DNA from: Rotaria socialis
Taxonomy: Eukaryota
Direction of reading: 5' to 3'
Length of the DNA stretch: 64,000 nt
Assembly (NCBI GenBank): GCA_905331295.1
Contig: CAJNYD010000547.1
Location: forward strand, 1 to 64,000
Of this stretch, positions 25,228 through 38,358 are shown one piece after another. The position numbers were made by a program, and so were the translations under genes. A model generated the notes under the pieces. That model had not been told where the DNA came from and did no database searches. It saw only the letters and a program-made list of their open reading frames with translations. Each line of letters begins with the position of its first letter. Positions within the stretch are counted from its first letter, which is position 1.

Positions 25228-27933
25228 ATAGTCGACTATTTAATTAGGAAATCCTGCTTAAAAGAATGAAATCTTTTTTGTTACATACTGTGATATCAAT
25301 TCCTGACGAAGTTTGTAGTTCTAAAAGGTGATCTTGCGTAAGTATAATACTCATGTTCGTAGGTATATCTTTTGAAATCATCAATAAATTCATAAGAATT
25401 TATCGATATTCTTTCTTTTTTTTCAAATGTTTACTGCAATAAAGAAATCTTACTTCTATCGTCACAAAAGAGACGAAAAGGAACATGTTCAAAGATATTT
25501 GATACACATGTAATTCAGGCAGCGACAGATGTAACCAGTACGTTTTACGTTTACGTTGAAAAATATTATCATTTTGTTTTACGTTAAAATAGCATTGTAC
25601 TTACATGTTCTCTTGAAGATAACATCGATTATGAATTTGTTTCATTACGATATGATATTATTAAATATACACTTCATTGTTTAATATAGTTCTCAGAACT
25701 AGAAAAATTTGAGCAAGAAAAATAAAAATGACATTACGCAACGACGCTTAAATATCTCATTTTAGTTCTTTTTTTTTGATCAACTACTATCGGATGTAAT
25801 GAACACAGCACAAACGATCGTCCCTATTGTGGACAATAGAAAATAAATCGATGAGGGACAAGCCTTGTTTGCAGATGCATTATCGAGACTTTTTTACGTA
25901 TATGTGTCGAATATAAGAAGAATAGACAACGGACGGATGCGATCGAAAAACAGAGAGGTAGAATTCAAGCTGTTCAAATGTACTCGTTCTCTCTTGATTA
26001 AATAATCGTTTTCATGATCAAAGCAATAAGCATAGAAAATGAAGGAAAAGGTGATGCTGATAAAACAATTAAATGTTAAGTAAATAAGACGAGAAGAAAT
26101 TTCAATGAAATCAATGATTTCACTGACTAGTTTCCTAAACATACTGTAATTCCTTCGATAATATAGTTGTAATCCAGGTATGATTTTAAAATAGTTCTCA
26201 TTCTTCAGAAGAATTTTCGTTGAACAAATGTTGCTCGATAAACAATATCAAAGAATACTGAAGTCATCACGTATTGACCAATGATTTATATGAGTTAAGA
26301 GTTATCATTTAATGCAATAATGATATAAGCTATTCTACTGAGTGATAAAAGTTTATAAAAACGCATATGTGTTAATTCTATATCTTACAAATTTCATTGA
26401 TCTGAATTATTATGCACCTGCAATATGCTAGGGTAGGATTAGTTGTTTATTACGCAAGGAATGAAGCGCATATAAGCTAATATTACGTAGTTGGATTTTT
26501 TCTGTCATCAAATTGAATTTTACGCTAAAAATGGCAAGATTTTGCAAGAAACAGGAGTATAAAAGAATCATCGTTGATAGTGATGTTTTTTATTATTTAT
26601 TAAACGATGTATATCAGAAGGAAAATACTCCCAAAAACTGCTGCCATGCCATCATAAGATTGATCATTCCATAATCTTACTATGATATCATTTTGATCCG
26701 AGAGATTATTGTAAAAATCATTTTGTTTTCTTATCATCTGTTGCATTTCTATTGACCATTTTCATCATGCATAGCTCGCGAATTAGAAACATGAAATGCA
26801 ACTCTAATTAATTTAAAAAAACTCAAAAGAAACTCTAGAAAATCAGCTATATAGTAGATTCGATTCGGCGAATTCATAAATTTTAAGATTACCTGATATC
26901 AAAAATTGACCTTTTGAATAGATCTTATACTTTTAAAAAATAACTAATTTTCTTTGTGTAGAATTTAACAGTGAACCTTTTTATTTACAACAATTCGCGA
27001 AGAATGAAATAGATCATATCTATATGATTTTATGAGAGTTTTTCAAAATATTTTTCTACACTAATAAAATCGATGTTCATTTCTCATTCAACAAAATTGC
27101 TAACTTCAATCTCTAAAATTACATGTCATATTTTTGAACCATACGGTAGCTACCAAGGTACAGTTTTTATGTTACTACGAGCATGTAAAGGTAAATTTAC
27201 GTATTTCATATTAGACTCCTAAGTACAAACTATCTGCCATATGTTTTTCATAGTTTCTATGACAGTTCTATTGTATATCGTACACAGATAATAAGAAGAC
27301 AAATGTGATAAATTGGATATGAATGTTCTAACATAAGAATGCATGACTTTATAATATGATACGTAGTATGGCGGTGTGTGAACGGATGGAGACAATTATC
27401 ATCATGTCAATTTATACTCGCCCTCCTCCACGTACAATGTATCAAATTATAAAGTCGTGCAGTGTTTTATTAGGACATCGATACTCGTTCTGCATACAAA
27501 AATAATACATGAATTACAATATCTTAAACATTATGAACAAACAGACATGCCTTTGCTGTAAGATTTTCTTGAGGCTCAGAACCAAGCAAGAGACTCTTTG
27601 CCATCAGTTTTATTTTTCGATCCAATAATTCTTTTCATGACATTCTAAATCCAAAATGATTGTTACAGTACTCGCTCCTTTGATCGCAGTTGTTTTTTGT
27701 ATTGAATCATTGTCAGTGGACTGATCGTTTGTCTGGTTTTTGAAAATCAATTCACTCTTTTTATAACATCTGTTGATAAATAATGCTTGTACATGCAAAA
27801 GGCTTCTTTCTATTTTATACGTACCATTAAATTGTATCTAAATTTCCAGCGACAATGAATACTTTCTAACAATAATTTATTGATTGTTGGTGAAGGAAAA
27901 ACATTTTCTGTACTGGTAAATGACCATCATCAC

Positions 27934-28379
27934 TAGACCTACGACAGCTCTCAGTTCTTGGAACCGATTCTTTTCAAAGAACTGTACCCAATACATAGTT
28001 CCTTTTCTGGAACTGTCTCCACATAACAGTTCTTTTTCGAGAACCATATCCTCCGAACAGTTCTTTTTCGGGAACTGTTTCCACAAAACAGTTCTTTTTC
28101 GAGAACTGCTTTCACAGAACAGTTCTTCTTCAGGAACTGTGGCATAACAAACAGTTCCTTATCGAGAACTGTTGCAGCCCTGCCCTATAGATGATCACGG
28201 TGCTGTTTTACACAGATCAGTTCCGATCAAAGAACTGTTCAGACAGTTCAGTTCCGATCAAAGAACTGTTCAGACAGTTCAGTTCCGATCAAAGAACTGT
28301 TCAGACAGTTCAGTTCCGAGCAAAGAACTTGTGAGACAGTTCCGAAGATCGGAACTAATATGGAACTGTCGTAGGTCTA
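27934..28379. mobile_element. Non-autonomous hAT-like element with internal cagttc/gaactg repeats and a 31-bp tandem array
   Basis: 14-bp TIR TAGACCTACGACAG/CTGTCGTAGGTCTA; flanks atcatcac/atcatcat form an 8-bp TSD with 1 mismatch. Confidence 0.85.
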
Positions 28380-29087
28380 ATCATCATTGCATTTATTGGC
28401 ATTCAGTACAATCAAATTTCGGGTTATATATTACATGAATAAAGATTTGATGAGAATGTAAGTATGCGTTCTGATCATTCAACAATTTAGATGCAATAGT
28501 TGCGGAAAGATGTATCAAAAACATTCATTACACGGACAGTCGAACTCGGTTTATATTAGTAAATGTTATCAGTAATGCAGAAAGAAATGAAAACTAATTA
28601 TATATTACAACGGTTATTAGAAATAGTTTAATGGAAATATCAAATCATATGAGTAATAGAATTGCTTAAGACGCCTGTTCGTTTTAGAGCTACCAGAATT
28701 GAATCTAATGTTCTTAATAAAAAGTAACTATGCACTAGGCATAATTTTGTCATCGTGATATATGTTATAAATGGTTTTACGTCCTATTCAATAAATCAAT
28801 AAATAACACTGGAGTTGCAACAGAATTTTATGGTACTTCCAATTCTAAAAATTAAAGCCAACAGTGGTTTTTGTTGATAAACTCAGCAAATACGCTCCAT
28901 AACCAGGGTCACTGTCCTTTACTATTCCAAACGACAAAATTTCTTTGAGATTGCCGCACTGATTTAGAAAACACAAAACCAAGGAAATCCATCGTACAAC
29001 GTGAGAAGAAAAAACAAATTTTACATGGTAATTTTGCCAAAAAGAAAATTTCCTTTTTAAGCATGCTAAGACATCTTCTATTGTGAA

Positions 29088-30655
29088 TATGGGTGACCCG
29101 TTATCTTTAGAAAATAAACGTAAATGATTGAAAAACCATCTATAATTCAGTTTTTTAAACATAGATGGGTCATTTTTCTTTAGAAGATAATAGGAAATGA
29201 TTAAAAAACAATTTATCATTTATTTTCTAAAGATAAATGAATCATTTAATTTTAGAAAGTAAAGATAAAGAAATCATTTATCTGTNTTATACAGGTAACT
29301 AATCTAACTAACGTAGCGATGTGATCATATTTTTAACCTACACGTCAGACGCTAGGTAACTTTCGATGATTCGACCAATCTGATCATTCAACTGATGAAT
29401 GTTAGTGAAGCAAGTCTATAGATATCCTCAGATGACATTGTACCGGTAACTTGTAGCTATTGATATATTGAAGCTGCACGAAATTTTTCCTTTGAATTAC
29501 ATTCCTCACATTGTGAACACCATGCTATTCATTGCACAAAGTGCTATTCAGGGACGGCGAGAACTAATAAAAGTATAGGGGGGTTACTTGAAAACGGGAG
29601 GTTTTTTTTCAAAAATCGGAGTAAAATTGAGACAAAAGCATCCAAAGTTGGGGGGAACCGAACCCCCCCCTCCCCGCACGTTCGCGCCGTCCCTGAGTAG
29701 GGGTGGTCATTTAGTGTTACTTTACTAAATAAAGATAAATGATAAATTTTTTTTCAATCATTAAACTTTATTTTCTAAAGATAAATGATAAATTTTTTTT
29801 CAATCATTAAACTTTATTTTCTAAAGATAAATGAATCATTTAGTTTTAGAAAGTAAAGATAAAGAAATCATTTATCTTTAGAAAATAAAGCAAAAATAAA
29901 GGAATAAATGATTCTTATTTTCAAGCGATAATCAAGTCGAAAATATTCTAGAATTGTAGAACTCGTGTTTTGGGAATATTCCTATCATTGAATCGATGTC
30001 TTTTGACTGAAAACAGGGACCTCTGAAGTGAAATCAACTGATATTGCTTAATAGTATTTTGGGGGTTTTAGTTAGAAAAACATAGATTTAATTAAAATTA
30101 ATACCATATTCTGAATCAGCATTACAAACTGAACAAACCGATGTGACTTTCGAATATATTCTAGATAGTTATGATTTTTGGCCGAGGAACCCTGAGGGGG
30201 AGTAGGGGGAGTTTTTTGACAAAATCATAACTATCTAGAATATATTCGAAAGTCACATCGGTTTGTTCAGTTTGTAATGCTGATTCAGAATATGGTATTA
30301 ATTTTAATTAAATCTATGTTTTTCTAACTAAAACCCCCAAAATACTATTAAGCAATATCAGTTGATTTCACTTCAGAGGTCCCTGTTTTCAGTCAAAAGA
30401 CATCGATTCAATGATAGGAATATTCCCAAAACACGAGTTCTACAATTCTAGAATATTTTCGACTTGATTATCGCTTGAAAATAAAAATCATTTATTCCTT
30501 TATTTTTGCGTTATTTTATACAGATAAATGATTTCTTTATCTTTACTTTCTAAAATTAAATGATTCATTCATCTTTAGAAAATAAAGTTTAATGATTGAA
30601 AAACAATTTATCATTTATCTTTATTTAGTAAAGTAACACTAAATGACCACCCCTA
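29088..30655. mobile_element. Composite hAT-like/foldback region with 8-bp TSD ATTGTGAA, containing a ~960-bp palindrome (29698-30655)
   Basis: attgtgaa at 29080-29087 and 30656-30663; ends TATGGGTGACC and GACCACCCCTA; arms 29698-30178 and 30221-30655; a single n at 29286. Confidence 0.75.
29549..29695. mobile_element. 147-bp MITE with TIR CAGGGACGGCG
   Basis: cagggacggcgagaac...gttcgcgccgtccctg with G-run and C-run interior. Confidence 0.8.
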
Positions 30656-31206
30656 ATTGTGAAAACAATTAATTTAAGTATGTTCGTAATGAAAACAACG
30701 ACGCTGAAGTGGAAAATACTTGTCTGTTTCAACATAGAACATCTTGCTCTAGTAAGAACTAAAAGTTCCTCTAAACTTCATTTAAATCAAATTATACATT
30801 TACGTTCCTAAAAATATTTTTCAGCGGTTTTTCAGATTATAGAAAGAAAACTATGATTTAATGCATAAAATAATTATTGCTTTAATCTTTTGATTGTCTA
30901 ACAAAAGATTAGGCTCAAAAAAAAGATGAACAACTGGTTCATTCAAGCATATGTTTGAGTTTTGAGCAGACAATAAGAAATGAAAGGTACAAAAAAAGAG
31001 ACAGAATGAACAAAGAACGAGAAAAAAATTGTCGACAATGCGTAGAAAACAAAGTGATATTGCTTTACTCTCCGGAGGTGTATATATATATATATAAACT
31101 TTCTGTTTGCTTGCTAGGTTTGATGTACGATGGGAAATATACATACAAAGAACGTAATCAAATGAAATAAGACAGATATTTATTCGCTTTTTTTTCGTTT
31201 CTTTTT

Positions 31207-33169
31207 TTAAACACGCAATGTAGATGAAATTATATCTTTCTGCTCTTTAGTGAGTGTATCAGGAAACTTAATGTCGAACTTTACAACAATATCTCCACGT
31301 TTAGTTGGTTGTTTTGGAAACGGTAAGCCATCGCCGGCGAGTCGTTTTTCTGTTGCTGGTTTAATAACTTCGTTTAATTGCAATTTACGTACACGAGATG
31401 GATCAAGTGTCGGCACGGTAATTGTTGTTCCACACAATGCCTGGAAAGATAAATAAATAGATAAATAAATAACCATTTGAATGGTTCTTTCATCGAGACT
31501 TTCATAGATATTTTTTAACTCAAGTAAACAACTGATTCCCCTTTTATGATTTCTCTCCGACAGATGTCAACAAATTTTTTCCATAACCTTAGTAAGATTA
31601 ATATTCAAGAAAACATACTGGTTAATCTGTAGTTAATAGTTGCTCCGAAAATAGAAGACATCTTGTTTTGCAATTATTTGTGTAACTCAGGCAACGCTAA
31701 TTAAAATAGCATTTCATATGAATTGTAATATCGCTTGTAGTTACTTTTAAACAATGACATCTTGGAAATATTTGAGAGCTACTCATATTTAGATCCTCAC
31801 TGATCAACAAAATTATGTCTATCCAGTATCATCAAATCTTGTTATTCACGATACAACAAACTAGTCATGATAAAATCTCTCATCTTGCATCATCATATGA
31901 ATAACCCACAGATAGTATTTTTTAATGCTCACTGACAAAAAATCTATCCAGAATCGAATGAAAACAATCGTTTCTCTCTGTTCTCGACCTCAAAAACGTG
32001 TATACACTTGATTGCGTGTGTTTTTGGTTAAGTAATGTTCTCGTTCATTTTTTCTCTCTTGACGTTCTCAATATGATGTAATCATTTAAAAATAATAATG
32101 ATTGATCGTCGACTTGTCTATATGAATTAAAACTTACATCTTTGAGATTAATTTTTGCTGTATGAAGAAGATCACTTCCATCGCGGCGAAATACTGGATG
32201 CACTTTATCTTTGATAATAAATACAATATCAGCTGGTATCGTTGATGGACTTTGGTCACCTTCACGTGGAAATGTTATTTTAGTTCCTTGCTTCCATCCA
32301 GGTTTTATTTCAATGGTTAATACTTTATCTTCCATGCGAGTTGTACGATTGTCTGGATTTAGAACTTTTCTTGAGATTTTCATTTTTTTTGTTGTGCCAG
32401 ATGCTATTTCTTCTAATGATACAAATAGTTCGTGTTCAACAGGTGGATCTTGCGTTTTTTTTCGTGTCATTTGACTATGTGCACCACCGCGACCACCCAT
32501 ACCAGGACCTCCGAAATGAAATCCGCCAAGACCTGGGAATCCACCGAAACCAGCAGCTCCTGGTCCATCTTCTTCCTCACCTTCACCACCAAAGAACATT
32601 GCAAATGGATCAGCACCATTCTATGAGAAAAAATTTTAATGCAAATTTCAAATGAAATCCGTTGTTTTCTTTTGTTCGTACAAAAAACATGCGAAATGTC
32701 TGATGAGGATCAATATTAGAATAGTACTGTTGTTGTCCTGCTCCACCGGGACCACCGCCACCACCACCACCACCGGCTTTCAAGCCTATGGGAAAGAAAA
32801 ACGTTCAGGTGAAATATTCTGCATGTTGAATATCATACCTTCTTCACCGTATTTTTCATAAATTTCTTTCTTTTTTGGATCGGATAAAATTTCATATGCT
32901 TCAGCAACTTCTTTAAATTTCTCTTCGGCTCCAGCTTCTTTATTTTTATCTGGGTGGTATTTCAAAGCTCTAAATTAATCTTTTTAATCGTTTCAATTGT
33001 TTGAATTTCTACTTTGACTTACAGTTTTCGGTAAGCTTTTTTAATATCATCATCGCTGGCACCTTTGCTCAGACCTTAAATATAAAAAGAAAAACGAAAT
33101 TAAAACTTAGGGAAAATGAAATTTTCAAAAAATTTACTCACCTAAGATTTTGTAAAAATCTTTGCCCAT
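31207..33169 (-). CDS. Class B DnaJ/Hsp40 (DNAJB1/4/5-like), 6 exons
   Basis: [10 protein letters not shown] start, [10 protein letters not shown]-domain, G/F-rich linker, and C-terminal [12 protein letters not shown] and [15 protein letters not shown]. Confidence 0.95.
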
Positions 33170-33188
33170 ATTTAAATCTTTTTAATAA

Positions 33189-33227
<39 letters not shown>

Positions 33228-33540
33228 GTATAAATAAGAGTGTTTATATGTCGAGCAAAAGTCAAATCTATAAGATATTAATATAGGTTTACTCATAAGC
33301 ATGAATAATATGTTTATTTTTATGTTCTTCTTTTCTGCTCAGAACTTTGATAAACTGTAGTACCTACTTTAAAAGACGTAATTCATTCAATTTTTTTCTT
33401 TCTCGGTCTCTGCATTGTTTGCAACCATTACGTATGAACTACAACGACAATAACAAGTAGAACATGTGTGGTCTTTCTTCTACTAGAATACACTATTTTT
33501 GTCGTTCTTTCGAAAGAACGAAAGAAAAATTTCTATTGAA

Positions 33541-33580
33541 GAAGATACTCGAACAATCGAGAATAGCAGCGAAGCTTCCT
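33541..33580. promoter_or_regulatory. Candidate heat-shock element upstream of the DNAJB gene
   Basis: GAA at exact 10-bp phasing (33541, 33551, 33561, 33571) with intervening TAC, ATC, GCA, TTC; ~370 bp 5' of the ATG. Confidence 0.55.
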
Positions 33581-35491
33581 AGTTGCAAAACAACAGCCAT
33601 ATGATGTACGCGTGTTGCTATTATTTTAAACGAACAGAAAGGAAAAATGTTGAGATTAGTTTGTTTAATTGCCAATCCGAAGAGGAAGTCGCTACAATCC
33701 GACTCATTTTTAACTGATATCACCACCGGCACTCGTATGAGAACTGCAACTGCTCTATTTCTAAATAAAAGTGAACGACTCGCAGATAATATTTAAGGTA
33801 GCATCAAACTTCAACGATCGTTTGGTAAATATTCAGGGTCATGAATATTTGTTTTTACTAGCTTAATCCATTGGCCATTTCGAACGAATATATCAATAAA
33901 AGACAATATTTGACAAGACTCAGATTTATCAACAAGATACTCATTTATACGAGTACTATAATACATCATAGGAGATTGTGATTATTATACGCTCAATCAA
34001 AATCTCATGAAAAAAAATTTAATGTTTCTCTATGGTTGAGAGCTTATATCAAAGCTATACATCAGTTCATTGAAATATAAAAATCAGTATTTTAGGATTT
34101 ATACAATGTTTTTCTTACAAAGAATTTCACGGTATGAACAATTTAACAAAGCAGAAAACTAACCGTTTGAATTAAATACTAATTGATAAAAGATAGATTT
34201 TCATTTTATCATGATAACAAAATCTTAATTTGATCTGTTGCGAATGACCGCAAAAAGTTATATCCTTAAAGTAAATACTTTTGAGCGAAACTTTTGTAGT
34301 AATACTTGTCGGATAATATTCCCGAAAGTTAATATGATTTTCATTTGGAACTTGATTAAACTACTAGACCTTAGTGAACTATTTGCCTAAGATGAGCAAA
34401 GTTTCTGCTTGCGACCTGCTTCTAACCAACATTGCTAACAAATCTCCAATTTTAGTGTAAATGTGTGTTATTGAATATTTCAAATTAAAAATTTTAACCA
34501 AATCAAACTCATCTTATTTACGAAAAAAATGAATGAACAAATCTCTTCAAAATATTCAACTGAAAATTTCTGACGCTTTTCTACGCGCAAGTCTAATTGA
34601 AGCTCGAACTTCGACAATGATTGAATAAAATCTACAAAATGCCCTTAGTCTAACTTCAAAATCACACAGTTATCTGGAGAGTTTATCAAAGTTTGTGTTT
34701 CTCAATCAAAATATAAGTTCTACTGCCAACAATAATTAAGATCTCACCAGTTCTGGATCCAAGGATGTTTCATGTTGCTATAATGCTTTTCTGTTAGTCA
34801 ACCTAATAGTAGTAGAGAAATCTTTATGATATTTTACTCTTTGTCTGTATAATCGATTATTCAGAATTCCAACATTCGTAGAAACTGTTTAAGATCGTGA
34901 GAGAGAACCTTTCTCTTAGGACTTATAATTGTCTAAATGATCTAGATCAAATCTTTTCTTTGAATGTTAATAAGATCTTAAAATTCCGTGATTATTCTTT
35001 CTTTTCAATTTACGGTTTATTTTTGCAGAAAAAGAGCAAGCAATGAAGCACCTTGTTCACTAGAGAAACTATGACGCTATAATTTTGCGTTTCTTAACTT
35101 TAATCTTTCGATCGGTGAGATCAAAAATAGTATAGAATAAGAGTGAACAGAAAAAAACTTATGAGAAGGAGATTGTATTATGATGAACATATGATACGAG
35201 TTTCTTTCTGTAACGTGTGCTAGTTCATTGCATGATAATGTAGCAGTATTTCAACCATGGGTTTGAATCTAATAGACATTTAACGTAAGAGCTAAAATCA
35301 TAAAAATTTCAATGAATCTTGACAATTAGCTCATACATATAGTATAATGAGTAAATTGACTTTTATTCTACAGATAGACGTTAATGGAAAATATTTAAAG
35401 GGAAATTATCTGTGGATAGAATGAAAGAAGACATTCTCTTAGTTATCGGCTAAGGAGACGAACTATTTCATCTCTAGCGTCTAATTCTACG

Positions 35492-35618
35492 GTCCCAGGA
35501 GATTCAATCCGACCAGTGGATCTGATCGTTTCCGGCATCGGATCGTATGGATTCCGTTGCTTTTCGGTCGGCACCGATCAGTTTCGACGGATTCCGACGT
35601 ACCCTGATTCTCCTGGAC
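35492..35618. mobile_element. Short MITE rich in tcgga/tccga motifs
   Basis: TIR-like ccaggagattca / tgattctcctgg. Confidence 0.7.
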
Positions 35619-35900
35619 GTTTTGGGCGCCATCTATATTTATAGTCTTAGAATAATGCATTCGAAACATTGCGATTATACATTAGATTATTGGAAGAGAT
35701 TTGAATATTCTTTCACTTCAATTTTGTCAAATATATCTAATCAGTTTATCTACAAATTCCAACACCATCATATTTCTTATTGGTTATTTCTATAAATCTG
35801 ATCATGTCGTCGTCGTCATCATAGATATCTGTTTGGATCCATTCACCATTCGTATTCTACTCGGTAGTTAGTCCTTCATCAATCGTCAGATTTTCTTCGA

Positions 35901-36928
35901 ATGCTGACTACCGTTTTATGTCCACGATGTGTACGGTGTATTAATCATTTTCCGATTTCTATTTTGCAAATTCGTTCTGTTTCAACAGCAAACGAGACTT
36001 CACAATCATCATTAGAGGACGATAACGATACAAATAGAAATATCTCACGTTTACCAGATGATGTTTATCGGCAATTTAAAGGTAAGAATATCAACAAAAA
36101 AGTGTTACTTGTACATCTACCTATTTATAGGATAGGTTTACCACCTATTGATGTCAGAGAACAATATCATACTCGAACAAAATTACGGACACTCTGGGGT
36201 AAATATGGTCGAAAAACCGGTATAGATCCAAAACTTTGTTGGCCAACCCAAGATGAAATGGATGAGACCATTGATGACGAACGTGTATACAATATGGAAT
36301 TGAGTGAAAAATTAAAAATAGTCCAAGAACGACGCGAAGCCAAACAAAAAGAATTCGATCAAATGTGAGATTAAAACAAATATTCCTATTAACGTTCTTA
36401 TTATTTTGTTGTTTGTTTTTTCTCTGTTCTAGTCAAGCTAAAGTCGAAAAAAATCTCAAAACTATGCCAAAGATGATAGATGATTATCGTAAACGTAAAA
36501 GTGAACGTGAACGTGCACAAAACGCTGAAATTAAAGTTAAAAGTGATTTAGCTGAACAAGCTCGTGATTTCTATGGATTTTCAGTGGATCCAGATGACGA
36601 ACGTATGCAGTTTATGTTATTACAATTAGAAGAAGCACAAAAAGCGGAAGATAAGAAAGCACGTAAAGCAGCTAAGAAATTAGAAGCACATCAACAATTA
36701 CAAAAATTAATGGGTATGGGATCAACAGCAGAGAGTACAAACGAAGCTGATGCCGCAGCACCAGTAAACGTTGACCCTCTAGCAGCAATACCCGAAGCAA
36801 AAGAGAAAGAAACCGATATGAAACTATTTGCTAAACTTGTTTCTGAACGTAGTAAATTAGCGAAAGCAGCATCGAAAATAGCTGAAGAACAAGCAGCTGT
36901 TCAGTTGAAAGGACAAAAGAAAAAATGA
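35901..36928 (+). CDS. GADD45GIP1: Mitoribosomal protein mL64/CRIF1, 3 exons
   Basis: LWGKYGRKTGIDPKLCWPT, KNLKTMPKMIDDY and ARDFYGFSVDPDDERMQFML; basic N-terminus resembling a presequence; introns ~36082-36135 and ~36365-36431. Confidence 0.85.
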
Positions 36929-37599
36929 TAGAAAAAATTTGTATTTAAAAATGTTTAGATTTGTTGGTTTTTCAGATATCATTAATCTCTCTATTACAAT
37001 CATTATATCACCAATAGGAAACAGTAATTTTAGTTCATAAACTCAAAAATAGTCATGCCTGTGATTAATCAATAAATATTATTCATGCAATAGTGGTGGC
37101 TGTAGTCTCAGTAGGTAAGTTTTAATCAATGAGTTTCCGTTTTGTTTTCATCTGTGGATTTTAGTCCATTAAGAACTTCTTGCTCATAATGAATATCGAA
37201 AGCCAATTATCGAAAAGAAGAAGTTACATGTCGTTTTATTAAATAAACAAAATGAAAGAACTAAAAAAAAAACTTTTTGAATTTTATTTCTATTAGTAGT
37301 GAACAAATTATATGATTATTTCAATGCTAAAAACAATCCTGTCAACTATGGGAATAAAGCACAACTGTGCTTTTATCTTGATAGTACAGAGAACGTAGCA
37401 TTGTAAAACCACTATAAAAAATAAACCGAATAATTTCGATCGAAAAAGATAACCTTCGAATAATTTGAACAATTTGAAAGAAATATTCCGTTTTCCTAGA
37501 AACATTCTCAGACAGTGTAAAAAGAACCAGTTTATCTTTATTTTTTGTTTAGGTAATGATTCAACAGTAAATTTAAACGAATAAAAGAAAACTAAAGAT

Positions 37600-38188
37600 A
37601 TGAATGAAGTGGATATTATTCCTGAACAAAATCCACTTGAAATATCTCGAACAAATCAATATACAATCAATGACGATAGTAATGATCTCTTACCAACTTA
37701 TATACCACGATTAGCTGAACCAATCATTATACGTGGTGCTGGTCATGTCACTGTATTCGCCTTAAATAATAAATTCGATGAAGAATATCCACAAGCTTTA
37801 ACACATAAAGTTTCACGCGACGAATATCAAGAAACAATTAAACGAGTCAATTTAATTCTACGTAAAAATGTTCCAATTAATTTTAAATGGTAAAACTTTT
37901 TTTCTTTTTCTTAGAAAATTTTCTTTACAATTCATTTCTTACAGGTTACTTTGTGGTTGTATATGTTGTTGTTGTACAATAGGACTCTCCCTGTGTCCTG
38001 TCTTATGTTTGAACAAGCGGTCAAAAGATGCTGTAAGTAAAGTTCTTGATTGGGAGAACGCACGTTTGTATCATAAACTTGGTTTGCATTGGCAATTAAC
38101 GAAACAAAAATGTCCAAACAATGCTGTACAAGAATATGTTCTCATGATTGAATTTCGCCCACCTTTATCTCTATCGCATCCGGATTAA
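37600..38188 (+). CDS. Cysteine-rich hydrophobic domain protein (CHIC1/2, Erf4/Golgin A7 family), 2 exons
   Basis: EPIIIRGAGHVTVF...WLLCGCICCCCTIG...WENARLYHKLGLHW...EYVLMIEF...PD. Confidence 0.92.
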
Positions 38189-38358
38189 ATTATTTTTTTT
38201 TGTTTTTTTTATTATTATTGTATTTGTATAGTGTACAAAAAAAACCTATGAAAAGCGAAAAAAACATTTTTGTCCTAAATATCTGAACAAAAATTATATA
38301 TTTTAGATTATCAGCTTGTCATTTACTGTGTTTTACTTGAAAAAAGAAGAGAATCGCA

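Noticed and set aside
28219..28345. 31-bp repeats (and the 22-bp repeats at 8275) as a CRISPR array
   Set aside because: Head-to-tail units without unique spacers, no cas genes, eukaryotic context
33194..33217. (TA)n and (AAT)n tracts (also ~43021 and ~55415)
   Set aside because: Ordinary microsatellites in AT-rich DNA
34550..34830. Protein-like plus-strand frame with stops (QLKISDAFLRASLIEART...)
   Set aside because: No recognisable family; cannot be distinguished from chance
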